Shown: positions 9,759-20,024 of the stretch, piece by piece
How the letters are laid out: every line of letters begins with the position of its first letter
Position numbering within the stretch: position 1 is the first letter of the stretch
Assembly (NCBI GenBank): GCA_012522795.1
Contig: JAAYJT010000014.1
Location: 1,796 to 65,795, forward strand
DNA from: Bacteroidales bacterium
GTDB lineage: Bacteria > Bacteroidota > Bacteroidia > Bacteroidales > JAAYJT01
Reading direction: 5' to 3'
Length of the DNA: 64,000 nucleotides
Notes under the pieces: model-generated
The model's input: the letters and a program-made list of their open reading frames with translations, nothing else
The model's database searches: none
Told to the model about the DNA's origin: nothing
Program-made: the position numbers and the translations under genes

Positions 9759-10862
9759 TCAAAATGCTGAAATCTGGTGCATTATCCCTTTAACGATCTC
9801 ATGCATGGCTTCCTGATTTTCTTTCATGCTTTCAGCAAGTTTGATCTGAGCACGTGTTCTTACTATATTATGTTCAGGATAATTTATTGTGTAGTACTTG
9901 TCTCCATTCAGATAATCAGTCAGAAATCGCATAGCTTGCATATACGTTATATACTGACTTGAGAGTGCCAGATGGTCAACTTCGGCAGGATTTAATATTT
10001 TATGGGTTTTAGTGATAAATCCTTCAGCGAAAGCTTTGAAAATATTTAAATCAATACTGATTTTACTCAGGTCTTTTTCGTCTTCTGCTGAACTTGCGGC
10101 AGTGGTTCTTATAGCATCTCCAAAGTCATTCAGAACAGTACCGGGCATTACCGTGTCCAGATCAATAACGCTTATTGCCTTACCGGATTCATTGAAAAGC
10201 ACATTATTGATCTTTGTATCATTATGGGTGATTCTGATAGTAAAATCGCCTTTGGATTCACGTGACTGTATATTCATCATCGGTTCAAACCAGTCGAAAA
10301 TGAATTCCAGTTCAGGTTTAACAGAATCTGATCGTTTTACGACATCATTTTTTAATGCATTTTCAAAATCAGCAAACCTTTTGGTCAAAGAATTAAAACC
10401 GGGTATTACAGGTTTTAGAAAATGAGCAGGTAAATCGTCAAGATTAAAAATGAAATTTCCGAAGGCTTTTCCTGCTTCATAGGCTATTTGTAAATCATTA
10501 ATTGTATCAAAGCTAAGCCCGGGAATGAAAATAAGAATACGCCAGTAGGCACCCGAATCATCTTTATAATAATTTTTTTCAGTATGAGTCTGAACCATCT
10601 GCGGAGCTATAAAGCCCTGAGTATTAGATTTCTTTGAATTCAGATGATTTATGACCAATGAAATGTTATTCATAAGCAAATCAATATCAGGAAAAACATG
10701 ATCATTGATTTTTTGTAAAATATAATCCGGAGTATCCAGTTCGGCAGTATTTATTAAATAAGTTCTGTGAATATGACCAGAACCAAATTGTTTCCCGCCA
10801 GAATATGTTCCGGATATCTTGAACTTTTCAAAAATATTTTTTAGTAATGCTTTCAATTTCAT
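9759..10862 (-). CDS. APH-family phosphotransferase, N-acetylhexosamine 1-kinase (NahK)-like
   Basis: 367-aa ORF with GSGHIHRTY near the N-terminus, the catalytic loop HNDTKINNVLF and the DLD metal-binding motif. Confidence 0.6.
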   Translation of the reverse strand: MKLKALLKNIFEKFKISGTYSGGKQFGSGHIHRTYLINTAELDTPDYILQKINDHVFPDIDLLMNNISLVINHLNSKKSNTQGFIAPQMVQTHTEKNYYKDDSGAYWRILIFIPGLSFDTINDLQIAYEAGKAFGNFIFNLDDLPAHFLKPVIPGFNSLTKRFADFENALKNDVVKRSDSVKPELEFIFDWFEPMMNIQSRESKGDFTIRITHNDTKINNVLFNESGKAISVIDLDTVMPGTVLNDFGDAIRTTAASSAEDEKDLSKISIDLNIFKAFAEGFITKTHKILNPAEVDHLALSSQYITYMQAMRFLTDYLNGDKYYTINYPEHNIVRTRAQIKLAESMKENQEAMHEIVKGIMHQISAF

Positions 10863-11349
10863 TGTGATTTATTGAATGCGAAAGTATGAAAGTTATGCAA
10901 AATAAAAGATTGCCGAGGATCATAATAATATGAAAAACGTTATCAACTCATTGATAATCAGTTTATTGATAGTCGTGTTCTTGCTGAAATTATGAGCATA
11001 ATATGTTGTCAATTATGAAAAGGTCATAGCCGGATATCTTTAATCCAAATCCAATTGCATAATCTGGATTATGGCGATAAATTAATCATTTGTTGAGATG
11101 GCTTTCCTGAATAAACCAGCTTTCCAAAACGTACATGAATGTGAATTATCATGTATTAGCGTCTGTGAACCCAAATGCGAATTATTTGCCATTATTAGTA
11201 CTATGGCAGAGGTATTTGATAACAGAACAATGAAGGATACTTACATAAAAGAATAAGGCAATAAAATCAAAGCATTCTGTTAACGCTTTAATTAAGTGGT
11301 GTTTATGAACCCTGAGAATATGTTAAACTGATTACACCCGGATATGAAA

Positions 11350-11883
11350 TCAATGATCATGATGATCAGCATCCGAATCTTCCTTAGTCAGGTGTACAGT
11401 TCTGTACGGATGTTCAGGTTTGGCATATATTGAATACAGTTTCAACGGTTCATCACCAATATTAATGATGTTATGCCATTTGCCTGCAGGAACCAGGATA
11501 ACATCATCATCTCCGGCAGTGCGTTCAAATGTTAATTCGTCTTCACTATCTCCCATCAGAACTTTTGCCTCGCCATCTTCAATGCGCAGAAACTGCTCAA
11601 TATCATAATGAACTTCAAGACCTACTTCGCTGCCTACGGGAATTGACATTACAGTGAGTTGTAGATGTTCTCCTGTCCAGATCGCTGTTCGGAAAGTCTG
11701 ATTTTCAAGAGTATAATCTTCAATGTTGATCACTAGTGGATTGGCGCCATGATCTTTTAAGATCACCTCTTCTTTTACTTTTTTAATATCGTCCACTATT
11801 GTTTCCTGTTTTTTTTCTGCTGCTGGTTCACATGCGGAGCAAACAAGCAAAATTACTGTAATTAAGGGTGTTAGCTTTCTCAT
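11350..11883 (-). CDS. Cupin-domain lipoprotein with a His-rich C-terminus
   Basis: A lipobox-like signal (LLVCSAC) is followed by a cupin pattern (GSEVGLEVHYDIEQFLRIEDGEA....VPAGKWHNI). The protein ends in DADHHDH. Confidence 0.7.
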   Translation of the reverse strand: MRKLTPLITVILLVCSACEPAAEKKQETIVDDIKKVKEEVILKDHGANPLVINIEDYTLENQTFRTAIWTGEHLQLTVMSIPVGSEVGLEVHYDIEQFLRIEDGEAKVLMGDSEDELTFERTAGDDDVILVPAGKWHNIINIGDEPLKLYSIYAKPEHPYRTVHLTKEDSDADHHDH

Positions 11884-11998
11884 AATACTTAATTTAAGGA
11901 GTTATTTATTAGATTTATTATTTTTGGATTGCAAGATAATAAAAAAACAGAATCCTAATGAATTTGGTTGCGGATTTATAGCAAACATTCAAATATTT

Positions 11999-13459
11999 TT
12001 AAGGACTGAGGATTTCTTCAACTTTATCAAAGCCTTCCTGATTTTCTGAAAGAACTACAAGAACATCAAATGCCTCAATAATTGTTGATCCATTGGGAGT
12101 AATATATTCTTCATTTCTTTTTATTATTGCTATCAGTGTATTAGGCGGGAATCCTAACTCAACAATTGGTTTATTGACTGCTTTGGAGTTAAGTGATATT
12201 TTAATTTCTTTCATCGCAGTTTTTGGGATATCATCAAGAAATTTATCAATTTTACTTTCAGGTCGTTCCTTGATAGGTAATGCCAGATTCAGCCATTTAG
12301 CTACTATCGGTAGCGATGTTCCCTGAATTAATACAGATGTAACAGAAATGAAAAATACAATATTAAAGATCATATTGGCTTTTTCAATACCTGCCAGTAA
12401 AGGGTAAGTTGCAAATACGATAGGAACAGCACCTCTCAAGCCAACCCATGAAATATAGAGTCGCCTCTCAAATTTCATTTTAAAAAATACAAGACTTAAA
12501 AAAACACTTATCGGACGGGCTGCAATAATTAAAAACAATGAAATAATTACGCCAATACTAATAATAGGAACTATTTGTGATGGAAAAACAAGCAATCCAA
12601 GTATAAGGAATAATACGATCTGCATTAGCCAGGCAAGACCATCATAATTTTTGTAAATAGTTTTTTTGTGTCTTAGATCCTGATTCCCCAAATAAATTCC
12701 ACAAATATAAATAGCCAAAAATCCGTTACCTCCAACAAAATCAGTGGCAGAAAAAGTAATAAACATTAATGCAATCACTAACGCAGGATAGAGACCTTCG
12801 TAATCAAGTTTGATTCTATTAATTACTATTTTACTTAACTTTCCGAACCCAAAACCAGCTAATCCACCAATTGTCATTTGCTGCAGAAACAAGGGAATGA
12901 TTGAAATTATATTTTGTGATTCATCAATGACCAGGGTTAAAAAGACTATGGTTAAAATATAAGCCATAGGATCATTGCTTCCGCTTTCCAATTCCAGGGT
13001 GGGTCTTAAGTCTAAATCCAGAGAAAGTTTTTTAGAACGCAAAATAGAAAATACTGCGGCTGCATCGGTTGAGGATACAATTGAGCCTAAAAGCATGCTC
13101 TCGTAATAAGTAAAGTCAGTAACAAACCATACAAATGTGCCAAGAATAATTGCAGTAAGCAATACTCCCAAAGAGGATAATATAAGTCCTTCTTTCAAAA
13201 TTGGCTTAACTGACGTCCAGCCTGTACTGAAACCTCCAAAAAATAAAATAAAGTTCAGCGCAATGATGCCAATAAACTGAGCTATCTTAGGATTATCGAA
13301 ATGTATACCTACAATTCCCTCAGATCCTGCCAGCATACCTATTGTAAGAAAGAGTAGTAATGTTGGAACACCAAATCTATATGAGGTTTTTCCGGCAATT
13401 ATGCTTACGAAAAGAAGTAGTGAACCAACAAGGAGTATGTTTTCAGTTGTTAGAGTCAT
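11999..13459 (-). CDS. Potassium/proton antiporter (CPA1, NhaP2/CvrA type) with a C-terminal TrkA-C domain
   Basis: 486-aa polytopic membrane protein with ESGSNDP and GLRGAVPIV blocks and a soluble C-terminal ~80 aa. Confidence 0.85.
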   Translation of the reverse strand: MTLTTENILLVGSLLLFVSIIAGKTSYRFGVPTLLLFLTIGMLAGSEGIVGIHFDNPKIAQFIGIIALNFILFFGGFSTGWTSVKPILKEGLILSSLGVLLTAIILGTFVWFVTDFTYYESMLLGSIVSSTDAAAVFSILRSKKLSLDLDLRPTLELESGSNDPMAYILTIVFLTLVIDESQNIISIIPLFLQQMTIGGLAGFGFGKLSKIVINRIKLDYEGLYPALVIALMFITFSATDFVGGNGFLAIYICGIYLGNQDLRHKKTIYKNYDGLAWLMQIVLFLILGLLVFPSQIVPIISIGVIISLFLIIAARPISVFLSLVFFKMKFERRLYISWVGLRGAVPIVFATYPLLAGIEKANMIFNIVFFISVTSVLIQGTSLPIVAKWLNLALPIKERPESKIDKFLDDIPKTAMKEIKISLNSKAVNKPIVELGFPPNTLIAIIKRNEEYITPNGSTIIEAFDVLVVLSENQEGFDKVEEILSP

Positions 13460-13778
13460 TCTTTATTTTTTAATCTGAATTTTCCTGAATTATTTCTGTC
13501 TTAGTTCTGAAAAAGTTCTTATTCTTCTCTTCACGTTGGTTTAAAGTGTTTGTTTTGAGTAATATAAGTCTTACTGATTTCAGTTAAAAAGTCCAGCACT
13601 CTTATTATCAAAGGCTAAAGTCCGGTATTTATTAAACATAATATACGTTTCCATTATACTGTGAGCTATGACGATTTGCAAGTATATTAGGGTTTTGTTA
13701 TTGTAGGTCAAAAGTACAATATTTTTTAATGAAATTGCATTAATGCTTTAAATTTCAAAAACGCTGTTTTTATTTTTC

Positions 13779-13786
13779 TATATTTG
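13779..13786 (+). promoter_or_regulatory. Bacteroidota -7 promoter motif (TAnnTTTG) upstream of rnhA
   Basis: TATATTTG lies 18 nt upstream of the ATG at 13804. This is a motif match only, and such motifs occur by chance in AT-rich DNA. Confidence 0.3.
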
Positions 13787-13803
13787 CTTAATATTACAGG
13801 AAG

Positions 13804-14436
13804 ATGAAAAATAACAAATTCTATACTGTTTGGATAGGTAGGGTTCCGGGGGTTTATCAAGATTGGGAAACATGTTCAGAGCAAGTCAATGGTTTCAAAG
13901 GGGCAAAATATAAATCGTTTCCTTCATTACAAGAGGCTGAAGCTGCATTTCAGGCAGGTCCTGATAACTATTTCATTAAAGAGCTAAAGCAGGAAAAGGC
14001 TTCGTGGAAGACTCTTGCTGAAGGCAGACCTGAAGCCAACAGTATCTCAGTTGATGCTGCCTGCAGCGGAAATCCGGGAGTTATGGAATATCGGGGTGTT
14101 TACACTGAAACCGGAACAGAGATTTTTCATCAGGGACCTTTTCAAAAGGCTACAAATAATATTGGCGAATTTTTAGCTATTGTTCATGCTTTAGCCTGGT
14201 TGAAAAAGAATGATCTCGAACTTCCGGTTTATACCGATTCAAGAACAGCCATTATCTGGTTAAAGAATAAAGAGGTTAAAACTAAACTGGTTCGGACAGA
14301 GGAAAACGAGAAGGTTTTTGAACTCATTCAACGAGCTTTATATTGGCTTGATACAAATCATTACAATGTGCTGGTTATGAAATGGAATACAAATCTGTGG
14401 GGAGAAAACCCGGCAGATTTTGGAAGAAAATCCTAA
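13804..14436 (+). CDS. rnhA: Ribonuclease HI with an N-terminal hybrid-binding (RNase H1 N-terminal) domain
   Basis: N-terminal FYTVWIGRVPGVYQDWETC...FKGAKYKSF motif. The RNase H core has SVDAACSGNPG, TNNIGEFLAIVHAL and VYTDSRTAI blocks. Confidence 0.9.
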   Translation: MKNNKFYTVWIGRVPGVYQDWETCSEQVNGFKGAKYKSFPSLQEAEAAFQAGPDNYFIKELKQEKASWKTLAEGRPEANSISVDAACSGNPGVMEYRGVYTETGTEIFHQGPFQKATNNIGEFLAIVHALAWLKKNDLELPVYTDSRTAIIWLKNKEVKTKLVRTEENEKVFELIQRALYWLDTNHYNVLVMKWNTNLWGENPADFGRKS

Positions 14437-14535
14437 AGGTGCGGAATTATAGGTAAAAGGGTTTTAGCATCCTTAAAAATTTGGATTTATTTCTCAGTGC
14501 AATCTCCCAGGATTGCTCAATCACCGCATCATATC

Positions 14536-15927
14536 CTATTCCAGATATATCTTTTTGCTGGCTTTAAGATTATCGTTATAAATAACTGCGATAAAAACTC
14601 CGTGTAAATTTTCTGGCAGATATACTGAGCTTCCGGGGTTCAATTTTGTTATGAAGACCATTTGACCGTTCGGTGCGTATAGTTTTAGCTCAATGGAATC
14701 AAATGAAAAATTATTTTCTTTTATTTCAATATAAAGGTGCCTATCTGATACTCTGATATTAATAAGCTGCTGGTCTTCAGTTTCCCGAATTCCGGATGCT
14801 TCTTTCAGAAACAGCCATTTATAAGCTTCAGTAAATTGTGAGCGCCAGAATTGTTCGTTATGCTGACCGCCAGGTACAACTTTCAGCAATAATTCCTCAG
14901 CACTGAAACCGGAAGCCAGTAAAGTGTCCATCATAATGTTCATCTGATGAACCAGACTGCTGCTTTCACTTGTTCCTCCCATCAGATAGTAGCGCATTGG
15001 TTGATTTTTTCCTGTTTCATAAGAGAAAATATAGGATGAATCACTAAACCAGAATGATGGAGAAAAGACTCCTGCCATGCTGAAAACATCCTGATATTTC
15101 AAGCCAATGTAATGAGATATCAAGCCACCAAGAGAGCTGCCCATAATTCCTGTATGTTCACGTTGCGGCAGGGTCCGGTAGTTTTCATCAATGTATGGCT
15201 TAAGTGTTTCCACGATAAAACGGGCGTAAAAATCACCTTCACCGCCGCCATGCTGAGGGTTTGTCCATGGCGTATATTCTGCTATTCTGTATTCACCACC
15301 ATTATCAATGCCTACAACAATAGGGACCTGTTTGCCGGTATCGTACAGTGAGTTTAATGATTCATCCACTTCCCACTCGCCGCTGAAAGAGGTGTATAGA
15401 TCAAAAAGGTTTTGACCGTCATGCATATACAATACGGGATAATGTTTTGTTGTGGAATCGTAGTCGGGTGGCAGGTTTAACCATATACGCCTTGTTCGGT
15501 TAAGTTGAGGCATGAAAAACGAATTGCTCATTACAACTACATTTGAAGCTGCTGTACTTCCTTGTCCCCCAGTATCTTCCCAGCTTTGAATTGCAAGATA
15601 CAGAGTATCAGTGCTTCCAAAAGTAAATTTTCGGTTTGGCAGGAAACCTCCGGTTGCACTTCCTTCTACACTTTGCCAGCTACCTCTGGTAAATTTGAAT
15701 TCAATAATACCAGTCCCTTCAATCACTATCTGAGGTTGTCCGTTATTATTTTGATGAAGGATAAAGTCAGGGTTCTCCGGATTCCAGTTATTGAAGTTAC
15801 CAGCTATATATATCTGGTCTCCATCAGGGGTATTTGCAGGTACTGAAGTAATGATCATGGTTACTTCAGCAGATTGAATTGAAAGAAAACTTAAAGTCAA
15901 CAAAAGCATTAACAGATTTGTTCTCAT
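14536..15927 (-). CDS. Esterase-family alpha/beta hydrolase with an N-terminal CBM20/48-like module and a probable T9SS C-terminal domain
   Basis: I place the start at the internal Met (MRTNLLMLLLTLSFLSIQSA, a signal peptide). The carbohydrate-binding-like block is IYIAGNFNNWNP..EFKFTRGSWQSVE. The esterase block is GIMGSSLGGLIS. The last ~80 aa have a beta-sandwich-like pattern. Confidence 0.65.
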   Translation of the reverse strand: MRTNLLMLLLTLSFLSIQSAEVTMIITSVPANTPDGDQIYIAGNFNNWNPENPDFILHQNNNGQPQIVIEGTGIIEFKFTRGSWQSVEGSATGGFLPNRKFTFGSTDTLYLAIQSWEDTGGQGSTAASNVVVMSNSFFMPQLNRTRRIWLNLPPDYDSTTKHYPVLYMHDGQNLFDLYTSFSGEWEVDESLNSLYDTGKQVPIVVGIDNGGEYRIAEYTPWTNPQHGGGEGDFYARFIVETLKPYIDENYRTLPQREHTGIMGSSLGGLISHYIGLKYQDVFSMAGVFSPSFWFSDSSYIFSYETGKNQPMRYYLMGGTSESSSLVHQMNIMMDTLLASGFSAEELLLKVVPGGQHNEQFWRSQFTEAYKWLFLKEASGIRETEDQQLINIRVSDRHLYIEIKENNFSFDSIELKLYAPNGQMVFITKLNPGSSVYLPENLHGVFIAVIYNDNLKASKKIYLE

Positions 15928-16151
15928 AAGTACAACTGTATTGTGTTTAACATGCTTGCAAAAATAATCAAATTGATTAGTTGAAAAACAGGGATATGGG
16001 GAGCAAATGAGCATGATTACAGTATCATAGGTTTTACAATAATTGAGTGTAGCACTCGTTTTAACAATTCGAGAACCTGATTCATTGATTTCAAAGAAAA
16101 CTTTGTGATTTTAACCCATCATCTGCCACTGCCAAACGATTAATTATTTTG

Positions 16152-19100
16152 ATGAAAAGATTTTTTCTACCTATACTTTTATCTTTTTTGATGCTTCAGG
16201 GCTATGTGTCCGGACAAGAATTTGTTGTAACACAAACTCTGAAATGGGATGAAGCTCCGACTCTTCTTCATACTGACCCTCCAACTTATTTTTTGAATTT
16301 TGAAGATGCTTACTACCCTTCATCGGTTGGTATTCCGGCTTTTCAGAATACGGTTTTCTTCCCAGAAAGAAATTCGGTTTTTGTTTCCTTTGATATCATG
16401 AACCTTGTTTTTGATTCAACTGACATGAGTTCTTTTATCAGTTATGAAAGCTTTGATTTAATTGAGAATGAGATAAATATTATTGCTGAACCGGTTAAAT
16501 CACGCAATCAGAATGGAGTTCATATTTCTTTTATTCCGCTTGTAACTGATATATCTTCTGAAAAGGTTTACAAACTTGTTGAATTTGAGATTCTTGTCAG
16601 GTATCAGACTGGAGAAGGCCATGACGGCAGATTTAAAAATAATTATACTACACAATCGGTACTTGCCACAGGGCGTTGGTATAAATTTTCTGTTACTGAA
16701 ACGGGTGTTTACAAAATAACTTATAATGATCTGGTAAGTGCAGGTATGAATCCTGCCAGTATAAATCCAAAGAATTTAAGGCTTTATGGAAACGGAGGTG
16801 GAATGCTCCCTGAACCCAATTCAATTCCGCGTCATGATGATCTTGTTGAAAATGCTATCATTGTGGTAGGGGAAGAGGACGGGGTTTTCAATACTCAGGA
16901 TTATATTTTATTTTTCGGGCAAAGTCCGCATGAGTGGAGTCATACGCCAGGTTCTCAAACATTTGAGTTCAGGCATAATATATATTCTGATCATAATTAT
17001 TATTTCCTTACTGCCGATCACGGACAGGGCAAACGAATAGCATTGCTGCCAAATGAAGGAAGGCCTGCAAATTATTTTGTCAATACTTTCGATGATTATA
17101 TGGTTCACAGTCTTAATACTGAGAACCTTATGAAATCGGGCAGACAATGGTATGGTGAGAAATTTGATGGTATTCTTACAAGAGATTTCAAATTTAACTT
17201 TCCGGACCGGGTTCTGGATTCAGCTTTTACTACTCAGATACATGTAGCCGCAAATTCCCTTAAACCTACCAAATTTGTATTCGATATCAACGGAACTAAC
17301 CTTCAGGCCAATATATCCCAGGTGAGTAGCGGAAATTATCCACCTGTTGCAAAAGATAATATTATTACCAGCAAATTGGTGAGTGCTCAGTCTGATATTG
17401 ATATTAAGATCACATATCACAAAAGTTCATCGCCTTCAAAAGGGTGGCTAGATTATATCTGGATACATGCTTTCAGACGTTTAAGAATGAGTGGAGATCA
17501 GATGTCGTTCAGAAGTCTCAATTCGGTTGCTCCCGACCGTGTTTCTGAATTTAGGGTTGCAAACGCCAATACAGCACATTTGATATGGGATGTCAGCGAT
17601 CCGGCTAATGTTGGTAAGGTTGATGCAGCATTGCAGAGCGGCGAAATGGTTTTCAGGCTTGGCACCGGACAAAAAAGGGAATTCATTGTTTTTGATTCTA
17701 CCAAAGCTTATAATGCTGTTTTTGTGGAAAATGTTGCAAATCAGAATCTTCATGGCGTCAATGTTCCTGATTTATTAATAATTACTCATCCTCTTTTTCT
17801 TGACGAAGCCCGTCGTCTGGCTACTTTTCATAAAAACAATTCCGGTATTGACACACTTGTGGTAACAATACCCCTAATTTATAATGAGTTTTCGTCAGGA
17901 AAGCAGGATGTAACGGCTATCCGTGATTTTGTCCGTATGCTGTATGAGCGTGATCAGGAAACTGAAAAGTTTCGTTATCTTCTGATCTTTGGCGATGCTT
18001 CTTACGATTATAAAGATAGGGTTGAAGAGAATACGAACTTTGTACCGGGCTGGATGTCGTACGAATCCCTTGAACCTGTACAATCCTACATAACTGATGA
18101 TTATTATGGATTTCTTGATATTTCCGAAGGTGGTACGGGGGCAAATATCATTGATCTGGGAATAGGCAGACTGCCTGCCGGTACAGTAGAAGAGGCAGCG
18201 GCAATGGTTAATAAGATCATTTATTATTCTGAAAACTCGGAAATAACTATGGGTGACTGGCGGAACAATATCTGTCTTATTGCTGATGATGAAGATAGTA
18301 ATATGCATATCAGGGACTCGGAAATTCTTGCAAAGATCATTGATTCAACATATAATGCTTTTAACCTTAGTAAGATATACCTTGATGCATATACTCAGGT
18401 TTCTGTACCCGGTGGTAACCGTTATCCTGAAGTTAATGCCGATATAAACAAAGAAGTGCAAAGAGGAGCGCTGATAGTTAATTATATTGGTCATGGTGGG
18501 ATTTTAGGGCTTGCTCACGAAAGGGTTCTTGAAATAGTGGATATTAAGAACTGGACAAATTACGATCGTATGGCCGTTTTCATCACTGCTACTTGCGAAT
18601 TTGCCTATTTCGACGATCCGTCACATACTTCCCCAGGAGAGCTTGTTTTGCTTAATCCAAATGGTGGGGGAATAGCCTTGTTCACTACTACAAGACCAAC
18701 GTATGCAACTTATAATTTTTCATTGAACAAACGAATGTTTGAAAATTCTTTCCAGCGTATTAACGGAGAGTACCTTCGTCTGGGAGATATAATGAGGTTG
18801 TCAAAACAACATTCAGGACTTGATCTTAACGCCAGAAAATTTGTGCTACTTGGCGACCCTGTGATTAGAATGAACATTCCTACTTATGATGTTAAAACTA
18901 CCCATGTGAATGAAATCGAGATTGGCGGTAGCATAATGCCTATAATGAAAGCTTTGTCAATGGTAAATATTAAAGGCAATGTCACCAACTTTGAAGGAAA
19001 TGTGATTGATGATTTTAACGGTACACTTGTTCCTGTTATTTTCGATAAATCACAAAAAGTAGTTACCCTCGCTAATGACGGAGGTGAGACTTATACATTT

Positions 19101-19964
19101 GAGGTTCAGGAGAATATTATTTACAAAGGGAAGGTGAGCATTGAAAACGGTGAATTTGATTTTTCATTCATTGTTCCTAAAGATATTGCATATATTTACG
19201 GTTCGGGTAAAATAAATTATTATGCAAGCGATGGAAAACGCGATGCCCACGGAAGCGAACCAAGGATAATAATTGGTGGATATAACGAAACAGCGGCACT
19301 TGACGCTAAAGGGCCGGAAATTGACCTTTACATTAATGATGAGAATTTTGAGTCAGGGGGAATTACCGATCAGAATCCCATACTTCTGGCTTTTGTGAGC
19401 GATGAGAGTGGAATTAATACTACCGGTATAGGTATAGGCCATGATATTACAGCCGTTCTTGACCATGAAACCGAGAAAGCATATCTGTTAAACGATTTCT
19501 ATCAGAGCGATCTCGATACTTATCAATCAGGAACTATACGTTATCCGTTTTATAAAATACCTGATGGACATCATCATCTGAAATTAAAGGTTTGGGATAT
19601 TTATAATAATCCTGGTGAGAAATCCATAGAGTTTGTAGTTGCATCATCAGGTAAAATAGCTTTGCAGGAAGTGTTTAATTTTCCTAATCCATTTCATGAC
19701 AGAACCAAATTTATGGTTGAGCATAATCAGGCTGCTGCTACAATTGACTTTGAAGTAAATATATATTCACTCGATGGGCGATTACGTAAAACATTTAAAC
19801 AAACTGTAATTACAGGTAATTACCGTTCGGTGATCTTCGATTGGGATGGCAGAGGCGATGATGGGCAATATCTTGAAAGAGGTACATATGTTTATAAAGT
19901 GATCATGCAAAATCCTGACACAGGCTATGAGGAAAAAGGTAGTAAACTTGTGATCATCAGGTAG
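16152..19964 (+). CDS. porU: T9SS sortase / C-terminal signal peptidase PorU (peptidase C25 family), copy 1
   Basis: ~1270-aa ORF with a signal peptide, a gingipain-like catalytic region (NYIGHGG and FITATCEF, putative His/Cys dyad), IYNEFSSGKQDVTAIRDF, and a C-terminal CTD-like domain (FNFPNPFHDRT). It lies upstream of porV. Confidence 0.85.
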   Translation: MKRFFLPILLSFLMLQGYVSGQEFVVTQTLKWDEAPTLLHTDPPTYFLNFEDAYYPSSVGIPAFQNTVFFPERNSVFVSFDIMNLVFDSTDMSSFISYESFDLIENEINIIAEPVKSRNQNGVHISFIPLVTDISSEKVYKLVEFEILVRYQTGEGHDGRFKNNYTTQSVLATGRWYKFSVTETGVYKITYNDLVSAGMNPASINPKNLRLYGNGGGMLPEPNSIPRHDDLVENAIIVVGEEDGVFNTQDYILFFGQSPHEWSHTPGSQTFEFRHNIYSDHNYYFLTADHGQGKRIALLPNEGRPANYFVNTFDDYMVHSLNTENLMKSGRQWYGEKFDGILTRDFKFNFPDRVLDSAFTTQIHVAANSLKPTKFVFDINGTNLQANISQVSSGNYPPVAKDNIITSKLVSAQSDIDIKITYHKSSSPSKGWLDYIWIHAFRRLRMSGDQMSFRSLNSVAPDRVSEFRVANANTAHLIWDVSDPANVGKVDAALQSGEMVFRLGTGQKREFIVFDSTKAYNAVFVENVANQNLHGVNVPDLLIITHPLFLDEARRLATFHKNNSGIDTLVVTIPLIYNEFSSGKQDVTAIRDFVRMLYERDQETEKFRYLLIFGDASYDYKDRVEENTNFVPGWMSYESLEPVQSYITDDYYGFLDISEGGTGANIIDLGIGRLPAGTVEEAAAMVNKIIYYSENSEITMGDWRNNICLIADDEDSNMHIRDSEILAKIIDSTYNAFNLSKIYLDAYTQVSVPGGNRYPEVNADINKEVQRGALIVNYIGHGGILGLAHERVLEIVDIKNWTNYDRMAVFITATCEFAYFDDPSHTSPGELVLLNPNGGGIALFTTTRPTYATYNFSLNKRMFENSFQRINGEYLRLGDIMRLSKQHSGLDLNARKFVLLGDPVIRMNIPTYDVKTTHVNEIEIGGSIMPIMKALSMVNIKGNVTNFEGNVIDDFNGTLVPVIFDKSQKVVTLANDGGETYTFEVQENIIYKGKVSIENGEFDFSFIVPKDIAYIYGSGKINYYASDGKRDAHGSEPRIIIGGYNETAALDAKGPEIDLYINDENFESGGITDQNPILLAFVSDESGINTTGIGIGHDITAVLDHETEKAYLLNDFYQSDLDTYQSGTIRYPFYKIPDGHHHLKLKVWDIYNNPGEKSIEFVVASSGKIALQEVFNFPNPFHDRTKFMVEHNQAAATIDFEVNIYSLDGRLRKTFKQTVITGNYRSVIFDWDGRGDDGQYLERGTYVYKVIMQNPDTGYEEKGSKLVIIR

Positions 19965-20024
19965 TATGCAACTATTTTATGGCTGAAGCAGTCTTTTTAT
20001 CACCCATAAAAACAAAAACTAACA

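Noticed and set aside
10012-10425. 137-aa plus-strand ORF inside the NahK-like gene
   Set aside because: It is an antisense shadow of a gene with clear kinase motifs.
10930-10995. 21-codon hydrophobic mini-ORF (MKNVINSLIISLLIVVFLLKL) in the 490-bp gap between the kinase and cupin genes
   Set aside because: It could be a small membrane peptide, but a 21-codon ORF in AT-rich intergenic DNA cannot be supported from sequence alone.
15928-16014. N-terminal 29-codon extension of the esterase ORF
   Set aside because: It is Cys/Phe-rich with no signal peptide. The Met at 15927 starts a clear signal peptide.
17895-18308. 137-aa minus-strand ORF (and 17481..17753, 16908..17147, 21939..22388, 22361..22561) inside the porU genes
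   Set aside because: These are antisense shadow ORFs within long, well-supported genes. They have low-complexity composition and no recognisable motifs.
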